Below are positions 12,427-24,852 of a stretch of DNA of 64,000 nt, piece after piece; within the stretch, counting starts at the first letter, position 1, and each line of letters begins with the position of its first letter. This stretch comes from Eledone cirrhosa (lineage: Eukaryota), in assembly GCA_964016885.1 (NCBI GenBank), contig OZ024750.1, forward strand, positions 51,956,001 through 52,020,000, written 5' to 3'. Made by a program: the position numbers and the translations under genes. The notes beneath the pieces were generated by a model, which was not told the origin of the DNA, ran no database searches, and saw only the letters and a list, made by a program, of their open reading frames with translations.

Positions 12427-12899
12427 GACACTAACATCTCTGCTGATACATGGGAAAATATTGCTGCTGATCGTAATAAATGGAGAAAGACTGTATATGA
12501 GGGAAAAGTTGCCTTTGAGGCATCTCGAATCGCACACGAGAAAGTAAAGCGGGATGTGAGGAAGGGCATTGCTGTTGCACTTCCAGACGGCGAGGGTCCT
12601 CCTATGGTGCTGACATGCAGCGTCTGTGCGAGATTTTGGCTAAGCAAAGTCATCTTCGCAGTCATAAAGTGAGACCAGTAGTTGACTACCAGGCTGCTGT
12701 TGGAGATGCTACTCGTCATGCTTGCCAAACATGTGGTAGAGAATGTAGATCAGCAGGAGGGCTCAAGCGACATACAAAAGTACATCAACTCCAACCACAG
12801 CCGACTATTCCCAGTGAATGTTTTGGTTGCCAACTCTGTCCAAGACATTTTAGATCATTGGCTGGGCTTAAAAGCCACATTCTATCACGACACCGTTAA
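12427..12899 (+). pseudogene. 3' end of an RTE-clade LINE ORF with C-terminal C2H2 zinc fingers
   Basis: TWENIAADRNKWRKTVYEG (typical RTE C-terminal W..A.DR..WR), then CSVCAR..(frameshift)..LRSH, CQTCGRECRSAGGLKRHTKVH, CQLCPRHFRSLAGLKSHILSRH. Confidence 0.8.
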
Positions 12900-12906
12900 T
12901 TGTTAT

Positions 12907-12917
12907 TGTGTGTGTGT

Positions 12918-13002
<85 letters not shown>
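12907..13002. repeat. (TG)n microsatellite
   Basis: Directly visible. Confidence 0.95.
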
Positions 13003-13004
<2 letters not shown>

Positions 13005-13005
13005 T

Positions 13006-13210
13006 AATTAAAATAACAGATTAAAGTTTAAGCAAAGAATGACTTTGTTAGTTTCAGAAGATCCCGTTAAGGGTGAAAGCAGCGATTCTTTTCTTAAAAT
13101 TTAATCTGTTATTTTAATAAATATTTGTTCTACGGTTCTTATATATTTGATATATATTTATCCTTATCGAGCCCTCTTTGGATTTTAGTCTTCAAATTTA
13201 TTATTATTAC
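13006..13210 (+). mobile_element. Short PLE 3'-end derivative with inverted 5' segment (same family as 43984..44557)
   Basis: 13007-13040 is the reverse complement of 13086-13117; body matches 44407-44557; ends in (TA)n; HHR-like CAGAAGA-tccc-gttaa-gggt-GAAA. Confidence 0.7.
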
Positions 13211-13254
13211 TATATATATATATGTAATTTATTATTATTATTATTATTATTATT

Positions 13255-15714
13255 GTTCTTTGAGTCTCAGTCATTGATGTTAGTTAACTGGAAAGTTTGT
13301 TGAAATGAATATCAAGCCACTACCTGCAGCCTCAGATATTCCGGACGTATCGGAGGGTTCTTGCTGTTCCCAGCAAGCAAGCCTTTTGAAGTGTTCCAAA
13401 AAGCGGGGCGGGGTCAATTTTCTTTAACCATCCCTGGAAACGTTTTGAGATAGTACCTAGTGCGCCTATGACAATCGGGACCACTTTGACTTCATGGCAG
13501 TTCCAAATCCTTTTTACCTCCCACTTAAAGTCCTGGTATCGGTTAATTTTCTCCCTCTCCTTCTCTTGCACTCTCGTGTCGAATGGGCAGGCCACATCCA
13601 CAATCAGGCACGATATTTTTTCCTTGTCCAAAACCACCAGGTCAGGTCTATTGTGTCTGTCTGTATCCTAAAATTGCACAGGACCTTCACCTGATCGTTT
13701 TCTATCACCGACTCTGGCTTATGCTCATACCACTTCTCAGAATGTGGTAAATTGTTTACTTTGCATAGGTGCCCATCACATCATGTCTCCAGCCTTTATA
13801 GTGAGTCTGGGCTAGGTATTTACACTCGGATACAATGTGAGCCACAGTCTCCTCTCTCTCTCCACAGATCCTGCACAGTGGGCTAGCCTCCTCCTTGTAA
13901 ATATGGTGTTTCAGCCACTTCGTTTTGAGGGCCTGCTCTTGCGCAGCCATTAGCATTCCTTCTGTAGCCGTTTTAAGGTCTCCTCTTTTCAACCAGTTCC
14001 ATGTCTGTGGATCTCTGAATTCAGTTTTCTCAAAGAAGGTAATATGAAGTGATTTTTCATGAAGGCTGCTCTTTCTCCTCGTTTTTATTTCCTCCTTGGA
14101 CATCCCCTGGTCTATTGTCCTCTCCTTCAGTACAATTCTGAGCATTGTCTCCTTACTATCCGTCACGTATTTGTGTAGGTTGTTTTTCTCCATCTGAACA
14201 CAGTCCTCTATGCTGATAAGACCTCTTCCACCTTCAGATCTCCTTAAGTAGAGTCTATCGACATCACTCCTCTTGTGGAACATGTTGTAGATAGTCAATA
14301 GCTTCCTAGTCTTCCTATCCATTTCTTTTTGTTCAGCAACATTCCATCTCAGAATTCCCGCACTCTACCTAATAATAGACGCAGCTCAGGAATTTACTGC
14401 ACGTATGGCATTCCTACTGTTTAGATGTGACTTTAATACGCTCCTTACTCTCCGAATGTATTCAGATCTTATCAATTCCTTCATTTTTTTTGTTCTTGAT
14501 GTCATCAGCCTCCAGAACACCCAAATACTTGTATCCTTCTTCAGTGTCAATTTCCTTTATCATCTCACCTGTTGGTACCTGGATTCCATTGCTTCTGCTC
14601 AATTTACCCCTCTTCATCACAAGGACTCCACACTTACTAATACCAAATAGCATACATATATCATTGCTGAAAATACGGACAGTGTCAACAAGCACATCCA
14701 ACTCCTTCTCACTCTTCCCGAAGAGCTTAAGATCGTCCATGAAGAAGAGGTGATTGATGGTAAGCTCTCCCTTTCCCAACTTGTATCCTGCTCTCACTTT
14801 TCGCAATATAATGGTCAGAGGCATCAGGGCAAGGACAAACAACAGAGGGGACAGACTATCTCCCTGGATGATACCTCTCTTGATCTTCACGCCTCCCAAT
14901 GATTCTCCAACTGATGTTAACTCTGTTTTCCAGGACTTCATACTTTTGCTCAACAACTGTCTGATGTTATCTGCCACCTTGAAGATCTCTAGGCTTTTGG
15001 TGATCCAAGAATGAGGCACCATGTCAAATGCCTTTTTGTAGTCTACCCATCCCATGGCAAGACTAGTGTGTCTCCTCTTGCAGTTCCTCATTACCATCTT
15101 ATCAATAAGTAACTGGTCCTTTGTACCACGGGACTTCTTTCGGCATCCTTTCTGTTCGTCCGGTAACAAGTTATTTGTGTGGAGGTGATGGTAGATTTCC
15201 TCAGACATAATGCTTGTCAACAGTTTCCACATTACGGACAGACATGTGATAGGTCTATAGTTGGTAACATCATTACCCTTGATTCGATCTTTCATTACCA
15301 GAACTGTGGTACCTCACCTGACATCAAGCAGTCATTGAACATGGTTGTCAGTTTCGGCTGGAGGGATGTAATATTTTTAATCCAATACCCCCTGCACACC
15401 ATCTGGGCCTGGTGATTTCCAGTTGGTTAGTTGTTTGGCCTGCCCCTTAAGAGTTTCAACTGTGATACTCAAATCAGTTTGTTGGTGTGCCTGTTCACTA
15501 ATCTCCTTCTGTACTGTCTCAATCCACACTGCCTGGTCATTATGTTTAACATCCTGCTCCCATATTCTTCTCCAGAATGTCTTAGTTTATTCCGCCTCAG
15601 GGATCAAGTCGTTGCCTCTTTCTTTCCCTTCAAGCTGTCCAAACAACATCTTCTGGTTGTTGTCAAACATGCGGTTCTGTCTATACTGACTGACTCTGCT
15701 TTCGTATCACCTAA

Positions 15715-15716
<2 letters not shown>
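13255..15716 (-). mobile_element. R4/Dong-type LINE (RT, CCHC, RLE), 5'-truncated, flanked by (TAA)n on both sides
   Basis: [85 protein letters not shown]; ORF stop 13332; tail gaac(aat)n. Confidence 0.93.

Positions 15717-15766
<50 letters not shown>
15717..15766. repeat. (TTA)n array shared as junction of Dong (-) and Tx1 (+) 5' ends
   Basis: Directly visible. Confidence 0.95.
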
Positions 15767-18700
15767 GAATGCCATGGTTGACGGAGGCTCGGCTCTGTAA
15801 GGTATAGTAATTTTTAACCGCTAGAACAATTGTAAATTGTTTAAAACTTTAACCAAATTGTAAACAAAAACACCCTCCTCCTCGTGAGAGGGGTCTTTCT
15901 GCCCGTTATTTGGCCCTTCGGGGTTAAATAACCGCTTATTGGGGTTTTGTGCCCAATATTTATTTTAAACAAAAAAAAACATGGCTACAAAAAGAATTTT
16001 CACAAGTCACTCCCACTCATTCCGTCTTCTTCTTCCTCAATCGTCACTACATCAGAGAGAAGATTGTCTCTCTTCCTCCCTTCTCTTTTGCAAGCGACGC
16101 CAGTAAAGAAAAATATAGTTTCTGATAGTTTCCAAGAGCACGTGCAAAACGTGGAACATTTCTCCACGACGACGACAACGACGAAAAATGTGTGCGGTAA
16201 ATACGGAAAGCCATTTCATTCGTCTGACGTCATGAATAATAGCAGTAACAGCCGTAATAACAGCAGCAGCAGCAACAGTGACAAGGAAAACAACAGTAGC
16301 AGCCGCAACAGCATCAGCCGCAGCATAAACAACAAATAATTAGCAGCAACAGCAACAACAACAGCAGCAGCAGCAACAACAACAACAACAACCACAGCAA
16401 CAGCAGCGGCGGCAGTCGTAGTACCAGCAGCAACAGCAACAACAACAACAAAGAAAAACCAATCTCGTTTGCAGGTATCGCAAAGAACCTGGAAACCATC
16501 CTTATAACAAATGAGGAATTACAGGAAGCAAAGAAGATGGTGACGAAAACCGGACACCGAGTAATCTGCAAGGCAGCCGAAAAGTTTTTCGAAACCCAAC
16601 AGCACTGTACGGTCACGTACCGTACAGTAAGCACAAATTCCCGTAGGGTTGAAAAAGCCACAGAGGCTCAAATACAAAAAGCCTTAGGGTCTATGTGGCA
16701 GCGGAAAACGCATATCACCCGAGGCAAGAAATATGCCACCGTAGACGTGCTTTTTGCCACACCCCAGGAGGCAAAGGCTCAATCCTTAGTGACCCTAAGG
16801 AGCGAGGAAATGGTGTTGGTGCCCTCCTACTGCAGACAAAAAATTGTGAGGGTCAAACTGACCCCCACCCCCACCCCCCTTCTGCAATGAGAAGACCCTG
16901 AGAAAGGAGAAAACCCCCCTCCTTCCGAAACGGGCTCCACTGCTACCAGCAACAGGACAGGCGGCAACCAGGAAGGATAGGTCCGTGGCACCCATACCCA
17001 CGCCACGGAAATCAAGAACAGCAGCAGCAGTGGAAGTATTAACAACAACAACAGTAATACCAACTGCAGCTGCAACAGAGACTCCACTGCAACCATCACC
17101 AACAAGAACAAGTGAAAGAGTGGAACTGGTAGCCCTCCGATCTCACACACTCGGACATGGAGTGTGAGGTGGGAGATGGATGGCAAACGGTCGCAAGAAG
17201 GCACAAACGCAGAAGTAGCGCATCGTCGCCTTCGAAAAGGGAGGAAAGAAATGAAAAAAGGGTAATGGCTACTGCAAAGAGACTTACAGCAGCAACACCA
17301 CCAACACCATCACCACACACACTAGCACGACCAAAAACAAATGCACAGCAATAAATACACACAACAAGAAACTAATGACTTACATAATTGAACACACAGA
17401 CATTTCACAGCACGACTACATAATACCAGCACCAATCAAAACACCAACGAACATAAGACTGGTAATAATAGCACAGAAGCAATACACAAACATTAAAACG
17501 AAATTCCCCAACGCAGTTGGTGATTTCAGAGACCTAGGAGGGACACTTAACCGGAGAATATATTCGGATATACTCACAAAAGAGCCGACGATCAGCCGAA
17601 GGGAAGATTCAACGGTCCCTTCACCAGACGATCAAGTGAAAAGGGATGGAGAAAGCATCCTTCCTCTAGGACGAAACGTAAGGTAAGTGGTCTTTCCCAT
17701 CTTTTCCACTCCATTTCAACATGACCTCACTCAGAATAGGCAGCTATAAATACGCGTGGCTTGGGGTCGTCATGGAGCAGGGCCACCTGCTCAACGACCT
17801 CAGGTCACTAAACATAGATGTAATGGCCATCAGCGAGACCAGAATCTCCGAAGCACGGGCCTTCGCACCGATCTTCGGCGGCTACGAGGTGTACGCATCT
17901 CCCAGCCGTCCTGGATCGGGGAGGGGTTGCTGTGCTTTTTCGGAGAGGTTTGGATCTCGCCATACGGGCCATCTTCCTGGACCCAGAAGGTAAGTTGGTG
18001 GTGCTGGACGTGACCAGCGGAGACGGGCAAGCTTTCAGGCTAGTGGCCGTCTATGCCCCGACAGGAGAAATTGGCCCGAGTGGCGGAGGCGCATCGTGGC
18101 AACAAAGCCACGATCCGGTCTTTGGTGGACCACGATGGGCGCATCCCGGGAAAATGTGTGAAGCTTTTCAGCGACACTTCGCTCAGCTGTTCGGTCGGCC
18201 GGATCGACGGATGGACTTTAGTGTCTACCTCGACGGACTGCCGCGGATCTCCGCCACTGAGGCGGATTGTTGCGTAAAGCCGATAACAGCCGCTGAAGTA
18301 CGGGAGGCAATGACTGGCTGCACAAGGGTAAATCGCCTGGTTTGGATGGTCTGCCCTATGAACTTTACGTACAGATGCCAGACTTGTTCGGAGGCCTCTT
18401 GGCGGACGTCTACTGCAACTGGTAACAGAACTGGAGAATTTCCAGTTCTGTGAGCCGAGGAGCGGTGGCGTTGCTGAGAAAGGATCCGAACAAGAGGGAT
18501 AACATAGATAATTTCAGGCCCATAACTCTGCTAAACACAGAGTTCAAGATTTTGGCCAAGGTGCTAGCAAAGAGGTTGGCGCTTGTCGTTGGTGGCCTGG
18601 TGGGAGAGGCGCAGACATGCGCCATTCCCGACAGATACATCCACGACAACCTCCACCCCATGCGATACATTGTAGAGAGGGTAGCTAGGGAACCTGGCAC

Positions 18701-20637
18701 GGGTGGGCCCTTGATCAATTTAGATCTGTCGAAAGCTTTCGATAGGGTTGACCATCGTTACCTAGCGGCATTCCTGAAGGCGGCTGGCTTTGGGTCCGTC
18801 TTCAGAGGCTTGATCGCTGCCATGCACAGCGACATCTGCTCTGTGGTGAGAGTGAACGGTCACCTTTCAGAACCGTTCAACATCATGCGCTCGGTCCTCC
18901 AAGGATGTCCCCTCTCGTCCCTATTGTACGTTCTGACTCTCGAGCCATTACTGCACAAACTGGAGGCGTTGAGGGGCGTCCCGCGCGAACTAGGATGCGG
19001 AAGATCCGTGTCATCCGATGTCACCGTAGTGGTGTCGAACGCCAAACACATCGAGGCGATCGGCACTACACTAAGAGAATACGAAGCGGTGACAGGAGCA
19101 ATGATCAACCAGGAAAAGTCAGTGGGCCTGCAGCTCGGCACCTGTAGAGGCAGGTCCATGCCGCCCAACAGCGTCGTCGGGCGCTGGACGGACGGACCGG
19201 TTAAATTGCTAGGGGTCTGGTTCGGTCCGGACCTCCAGACGGACAAAAACTGGGACGAGGTGACGAGCAGGGTGGCTTCTCTCACCCAGAAATGGGCGGA
19301 GAGGAAGCTATGCCTGAAAGGTCGAGTGGAGGTGGCTAACGCGTATATCGCGTCCGTCATCTTTGACCGCCTGACCGTCGTACCTTGTCCAAAGCCCCTC
19401 CTAACTGCGCTGGAGCGTTTGCTCCTTCGCTTTTTGTGGAAGGGACGCGCTCTGATGGTCAGGCGGTTCATCTGATGGTCAGGCGGTCAACACCCGCTAC
19501 GTGGAGGGCTGCGAGTGCCGTAGCTGATGATGCGCAGACACGCGCTCAGGCTACGACATCTTCATCTCTTCCTCGACGATGATAAGGTGTGGTCGCCGTT
19601 TGCTAGACACGTCTTTCCCCAGCTCGTCTCCTTGACGGAGCTGCAGTCCTGCGTCAAGCGAAGACCGAGAGGGAGCGTTTGGAGACTGGAATGTCTTCAG
19701 GCGCTCACAGCCCTCGACCAATCGGGCAATGTGATCGGTGGAAACTCCACCTTGACGTTCTACAGAGGATTAGTGGAGAGGGAGAGCGACGACGTACTTG
19801 GGGAAACTTAGGCGTCGACGAAAATCAACTAGCCAATCTCTTCGGAAGAACTTTCGGGCCGTGGCCTATGGACAACTTCCAGAAATCCCTGGCCTGGCAG
19901 TGCTACCGAGGAGCTTTGCCAGTTCGGGATAAACTCTACAGGCATGGAGGTGCCGTCACCCGGGCATGTCCGAGATGCGCGCAGGGCGACGAAACCGTCC
20001 TGCACGCACTCGTCCAGTGTCCGAGCATTGCTGATTTGTGGGTTTATGTCGAACACCTGCTGTCGCGTGTAGGACGGATCCAGCTATCAGCTGAGTCCAT
20101 CGTGAGGATTGTCCCTCCCTCCTCCTTTAGCCGGGAAGGGCAGGCAGTTTTTTATCTGTCTGGTGGCCATGGCGAAAGAGATAGTATGGTGGACACGTTT
20201 GAAATGGCTGAAGACGAGCACTTACCTCTTCCGTGATGCCCTGATTAACTTTTTCAAATTTCATTTGAAAAGGAAAATCAGGGTAGAGATGGAAGTGCTC
20301 TCTTCCCAGCATTTTGTCGAAAGATGGGTGAGAGAGGCAAGAATGGCCCGAGTGAATGGGCCTACTCTGAGTATGTGTCTGTAAATTAAAGGTGGAAAAC
20401 TGGGAGAGGGCACTTGCCCTGGTGGTCAGGGTCACTGTGGATTTTTAATGGGCTTTCTCCACGAATGTCCCTCGGAAGTCTCCCCCCTATTGGGGAATTT
20501 TTTCATTGTTCTATTATTACATCCTCTGTTCCTTGTTTTTTTTACACGCAGAAGTGCCATTTTGTACCGTCCTGTATTGTCCTGTACTGTCCTTAATGTC
20601 TACTTTGTGTAAACCCTTGTGGTTAATAAAGATAGCA
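15767..20637 (+). mobile_element. L1/Tx1-clade LINE copy 3, both ends retained, internal deletions, inserted in (TTA)n
   Basis: ORF1 remnant 15981-17686 (ISFAGIAK..TVTYRT..LVPSYC aligns to ORF1 of copy 2); ORF2 from ATG 17721 (MTSLRIGS); EN-to-RT deletion near 18068; RT ORF 18450..19475; ORF end 20384; AATAAA at 20625 then (TTA)n. Confidence 0.92.
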
Positions 20638-20679
20638 TTATAGCATTATTATTATTATTATTATTATTAATAATAATAA

Positions 20680-20822
20680 TGCATAGAGTTACGGCCCTTG
20701 CCATTCTCAGTTCAAATCCCGCCGAGGTTAACTTTTCCTTTCATCCTTACGGGTCGATAAAATAAAGTACCAGTAATACACTGGGATAATTGCTGGCCTT
20801 GTGCCAACAGTAGAAACAATTA
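20680..20822 (+). mobile_element. tRNA-derived SINE (main family), 5'-truncated
   Basis: B box GTTCAAATCC, core gttaactt(t)cctttcatccttacggg(g)tcgataaaataaagtaccag (Sauria/Meta-domain-like), tail ggccttgtgcc..gtagaaacaattatt. Confidence 0.85.
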
Positions 20823-20839
20823 TTATTATTATTATTATT

Positions 20840-21590
20840 ATAGTTGCTTTATGTTCAGCTTGTGCTGATATAATCAGTCCTTCAGTCTCCGATTTCACTC
20901 CAGAGGATTCTAACCACCGATGGGTTAAAGTTTTGTCAACATCAGGATTTATACTTTTTCTGTGTATTTTCCATACAGAGGCTTTTCTTGCCACTTCTTA
21001 GCCAGTTTCTGTAGCAGTTCTTTCTTTGCAGTTACTTTTACCTGCTTTGCTTTTTCTGTGTTTTTCATTTCAGCAGTAAATGGGACTTCTGAAATTTGTA
21101 GTTCATTACTGTATCTTTGTGCATCTTTTGTAATGGAATATGATCTTTTGATGCTTTCGTGTTTCAAAACGAGTTTGATCATCCAATCATGTGCCTCCCT
21201 TAGATATGTAGATAATCCAATTGTTGCAGTTTTCAACGCAATGTCTAACTGGATTAACCCACGTCCTCCTTCTTTCCTAGGGAGATATATTCTCTCTTTA
21301 TCTGCCTTAGGGTGATGCATTCTGTGAATGGGTAAGAATTTTCTAATTTTTGTATCGAGCCTACGGATCTCTGTGCTTGACCAGTTGATGACATTGTAAC
21401 TGTAGGTTACTACAAGTAGGGCAAGCGTGTTTATGGCATCGATCCTGTTCCTTGCATTCAATTCCGATCTTAAGATTGCTCTTACTCTGCGATAACATTC
21501 CTTCCTTATCCTTTCCCTCATTGTCGAGTGCTTGATTCCGTCTCCTTCACAAACATCTAGATATTTGTAAGTTTCATTTCCCGAATGAGC
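20840..21590 (-). pseudogene. Internal fragment of a second R4/Dong-type family (post-RT region)
   Basis: YKYLDVCE, RRVRAILRSELNARN, RIYLPRKEGGRGLI, KPLYGKY, ETEGLIISAQ; truncated at both ends. Confidence 0.85.
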
Positions 21591-24500
21591 CAATGTGGAC
21601 ATGGACATCCAGATCATATCTAGATAGGGTATTTTGTAGGGAAATAGATAGGTCTAGCATAGGCTGTCCACATTTCAAAATAGTCGACTACATGGACCAC
21701 GAATTCGTGACCTGTGAGGTTGACTTAGATAGGCTTCATAGACAGGGACCCTGCTACTGGAATCTAAACGCGTCATTAACAGCGCGCAAGGCCTACAGAG
21801 ACCGGATTAGCGAACTAGTTAAGCGGGCGTTGACGGGGCCCATCGTCAAAAACAAATGGTGGTTTGCTCCGAAAAGAGCGATTAGAATAGAGTCCATTAG
21901 GTTTAGTAAGTCTTTAGCAATAGAGAACAATAGAGTAGAGGGAGAACTAGTTAGAAAATTAGATGAGGCGCTTAGTAAAGTCAACCGACGTACTTGCGGC
22001 AATATTGGCCCTTGACCAATTCTTCAATAAAGCACGAAGGCAGCGCAGTCAGAGCTAGGGCGCGTGCTCTCAGACACGAGGGGACGAAAGCCGTTCAATG
22101 AGCTCGAGTGGCGGAGGCGCGTCGTGACAACAAAACCACGATCCCGTCTTTGGTGGACCACGACGGGCGCATGCTACTCGATCCCGGGCAAATGTGTGAA
22201 GCTTTTCAGCGACACTTCGCTCAGCTGTTCGGGGGAAGCGGTGGGCCGGATCGAGGGATGGATTTTAGTGCCTACCTCCACGGATTGCCGCGGCTCTCGG
22301 CCACTGAGGCGGAGTGTTGCGAAAAGCCGATAACAGCCGCTGAAGTACGGGAGGCAATGACTGGCTGCACAAGGGGTAAATCGCCTGGTTTGGATGGTCT
22401 GCCCTATGAACTTTACGTACAGATGCCAGACTTGTTCTGAGGCCTCTTGGCGGACGTCTACTGCAACTGGCAGCAGAACGGGAGTATTCCCAACTCTGTG
22501 AGCCGAGGAGCGGTGGCGTTGCTGAGAAAGGATCTGAACAAGGGGGATACATAGATAATTTCGCCCCATAACTCTACTAAACACAGAGTTCATGATTTTG
22601 GCCAAGGTGCTAGCAAAGAGGTTGGCGCTTGTCGTTGGTGGTCTGGTGGGATAGACGCAGATATGCGCCATTCCCGACAGATCCATCCACGACAACCTCC
22701 ACCTCATTCGATACATCCAGGAGTGGGTAGAGAGGGAACCTGGCACGGGTGGGTCCTTGATCAATTTAGATCAGTCGAAAGCTTTCGATAGGGTCGATCA
22801 TCGTTATCTGGTGGCAGTCCTGAGGGCGGCTGGCTTAGGGCCCGTTTTCAGAGGCTGGATCGCTGCCATGCACAGCGACATCTGCTCTGTGGTGAGAGTG
22901 AACAGTCCTCTTTAGGAACCGTTCAACATCATGCGCTCGGTCTGCCAAGGATTTCCCCTCTCGTCCCTCTTATACGTATTGACTCTCGAGCCATGACTGC
23001 ACGAACTGGAGACGTGGAGGGGTCCCGCGCGAACTAGGATGCGGAAGATCCGTGTCAGCATATGTGGACGATGTCACCGTAGTGGTGTCGAACGCCAAAC
23101 ACATCGAGGCGATCGGCACTACACTAAGAGAATACGAAGCGGTGACAGGAGCAATGATCAACCAGGAAAAGTCAGTGGGCCTGCAGCTCGGCACCTGGAG
23201 AGGCAGGTCCATGCCGTGCAACAGCGTCGTTGGGCGCTGGACGGACGGACCGGTTAAATTGCTAGGGGTCTGGTTCGGTCCGGACCTCCAGACGGACAAA
23301 AACTGGGACGAGGTGACGAGCAGGGTGGCTTCTCTCACCCAGAAATGGGCGGAGAGGAAGCTATCCCTGAAAGGTCGAGCGGAGGTGGCTAACGCGTACA
23401 TCGCGTCCGTCATCTACTACCGCCTGACCGTCGTACCTTGTCCTAAGCCCCGCCTGTCTGCGCTGGAGCGTTTGCTCTTTCGCTTTTTGTGGAAGGGACG
23501 CGCTCCGATGGTCAGGCGGTTCATCTGCTGTCAACACCCGCTACGTTAAGGGCTGGGCATGCCGTAGCTGATGATGCGCAGACACGCGCTCAGGCTACGA
23601 CATCTTCACCTCTTCCTCGACGGTGATCAGGTGTGGTTGCCGTTTGCTAGACACGTCTTTCCCCAGCTCGTCTCCTTGACGGAGCTGCAGTCCTGCGTCA
23701 AGCGAAGACCGAGAGGGAGCGCTTGGAGACTGGAATGTCTTCAGGCGCTCACAGCCCTCGACCAATCGGGCAATGTGATCGGTGGAAACTCCACTTTGAC
23801 GTTCTACAGAGGATTAGTGGAGAGGGAGAGCGACGACGTACTTGGGGAAACTTAGGCGTCGACGAAAATCAACTAGCCAATCTCTTCGGAAGAACTTTCG
23901 GGCCGGGGCCTATGGACAACTTCCAGAAATCCCTGGCCTGGCAGTGCTACCGAGGAGCTTTGCCAGTTCGGGATAAACTCTAAAGGTATGGAGATGCCGT
24001 CAGCCGGGCATGTCCGAGATGCGCGCAGGGCGACGAAACCGTCCTGCACGCACTCGTCCAGTGTCCGAGCATTGCTGATTTGTGGGTTTATGTCTAACAC
24101 CTGCTGTCACGTGTAGGACGGATCCAGCTATCAGCTGAGTCCATCGTGAGGATTGCCCCGCCCTCTTCCTTATGCCGGGAAGGGCAGGCAGTTTTTATCT
24201 GTCTGGTGGCCATGGCGAAAGAGATAGTATGGTGGACACGTTTGAAATGGCTGAAGACGAGCACTTACCTCTTCCGTGATGCCCTGATTAACTTTTTCAA
24301 ATTTCATTTGAAAAGGAAAATCAGGGTAGAGAGGGAAGTGCTCTCTTCCCAGCATTTTGTCGAAAGATGGGTGAGAGAGGCAAGAATGACCCGAGTGAAT
24401 GGGCCTACTCTGAGTATGTGTCTGTAAATTAAAGGTGGAAAACTGGGAGAGGGCTCTTGCTTTGGTGGTCAGGGTCACTGTGGCCTTTTACTGGGCTTTC

Positions 24501-24678
24501 TCCACAAATGTCCCTCGGAAGTCTCCCCCCTATTGGGGAACTTTTCATTGTTATGTTTGTTACACACTGTTTTTGTATTTTTTTTTACACGCAGAAATGC
24601 CCATTTGTACCGTTCTGTATTGTCCTGTACTGTCCTTAATGTCTACTTTATGTGAACCCTTGTGGTTAATAAAGAAAA

Positions 24679-24680
<2 letters not shown>
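21590..24680 (+). mobile_element. L1/Tx1-clade LINE copy 4, 5'-truncated, near-identical to copy 3
   Basis: WTWT..YLDRVF, DHEFVT, KSPGLDGLPYE, LDQSKAFDRVDH, YVDDVTV; ORF end 24427; AATAAA 24668 then (TTA)n. Confidence 0.92.
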
Positions 24681-24750
<70 letters not shown>

Positions 24751-24751
<1 letters not shown>

Positions 24752-24825
24752 CGGGGTCGATAAAATAAAGTACCAGTAATGCACTGGTTAATTGCTGGCC
24801 TTGTGCCAAACGTAGAAACAATTAT
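24751..24825 (+). mobile_element. SINE 3' fragment following (TTA)n array 24681-24750
   Basis: acggggtcgataaaataaagtaccagtaatgcactgg..ggccttgtgccaaacgtagaaacaattatt. Confidence 0.85.
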
Positions 24826-24852
24826 TATTATTGTTATTGTTGTTGTTGTTGT

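Noticed and set aside
12615-12899. Host C2H2 zinc-finger gene
   Set aside because: Directly continuous with an RTE C-terminal motif, no TGEKP linkers, flanked by microsatellites
18860-19471. Antisense ORFs overlapping Tx1 RT (also 7222-7485, 22970-23413, 10033-10581)
   Set aside because: Shadow ORFs of GC-rich or low-complexity coding strands; conserved only because the sense ORF is
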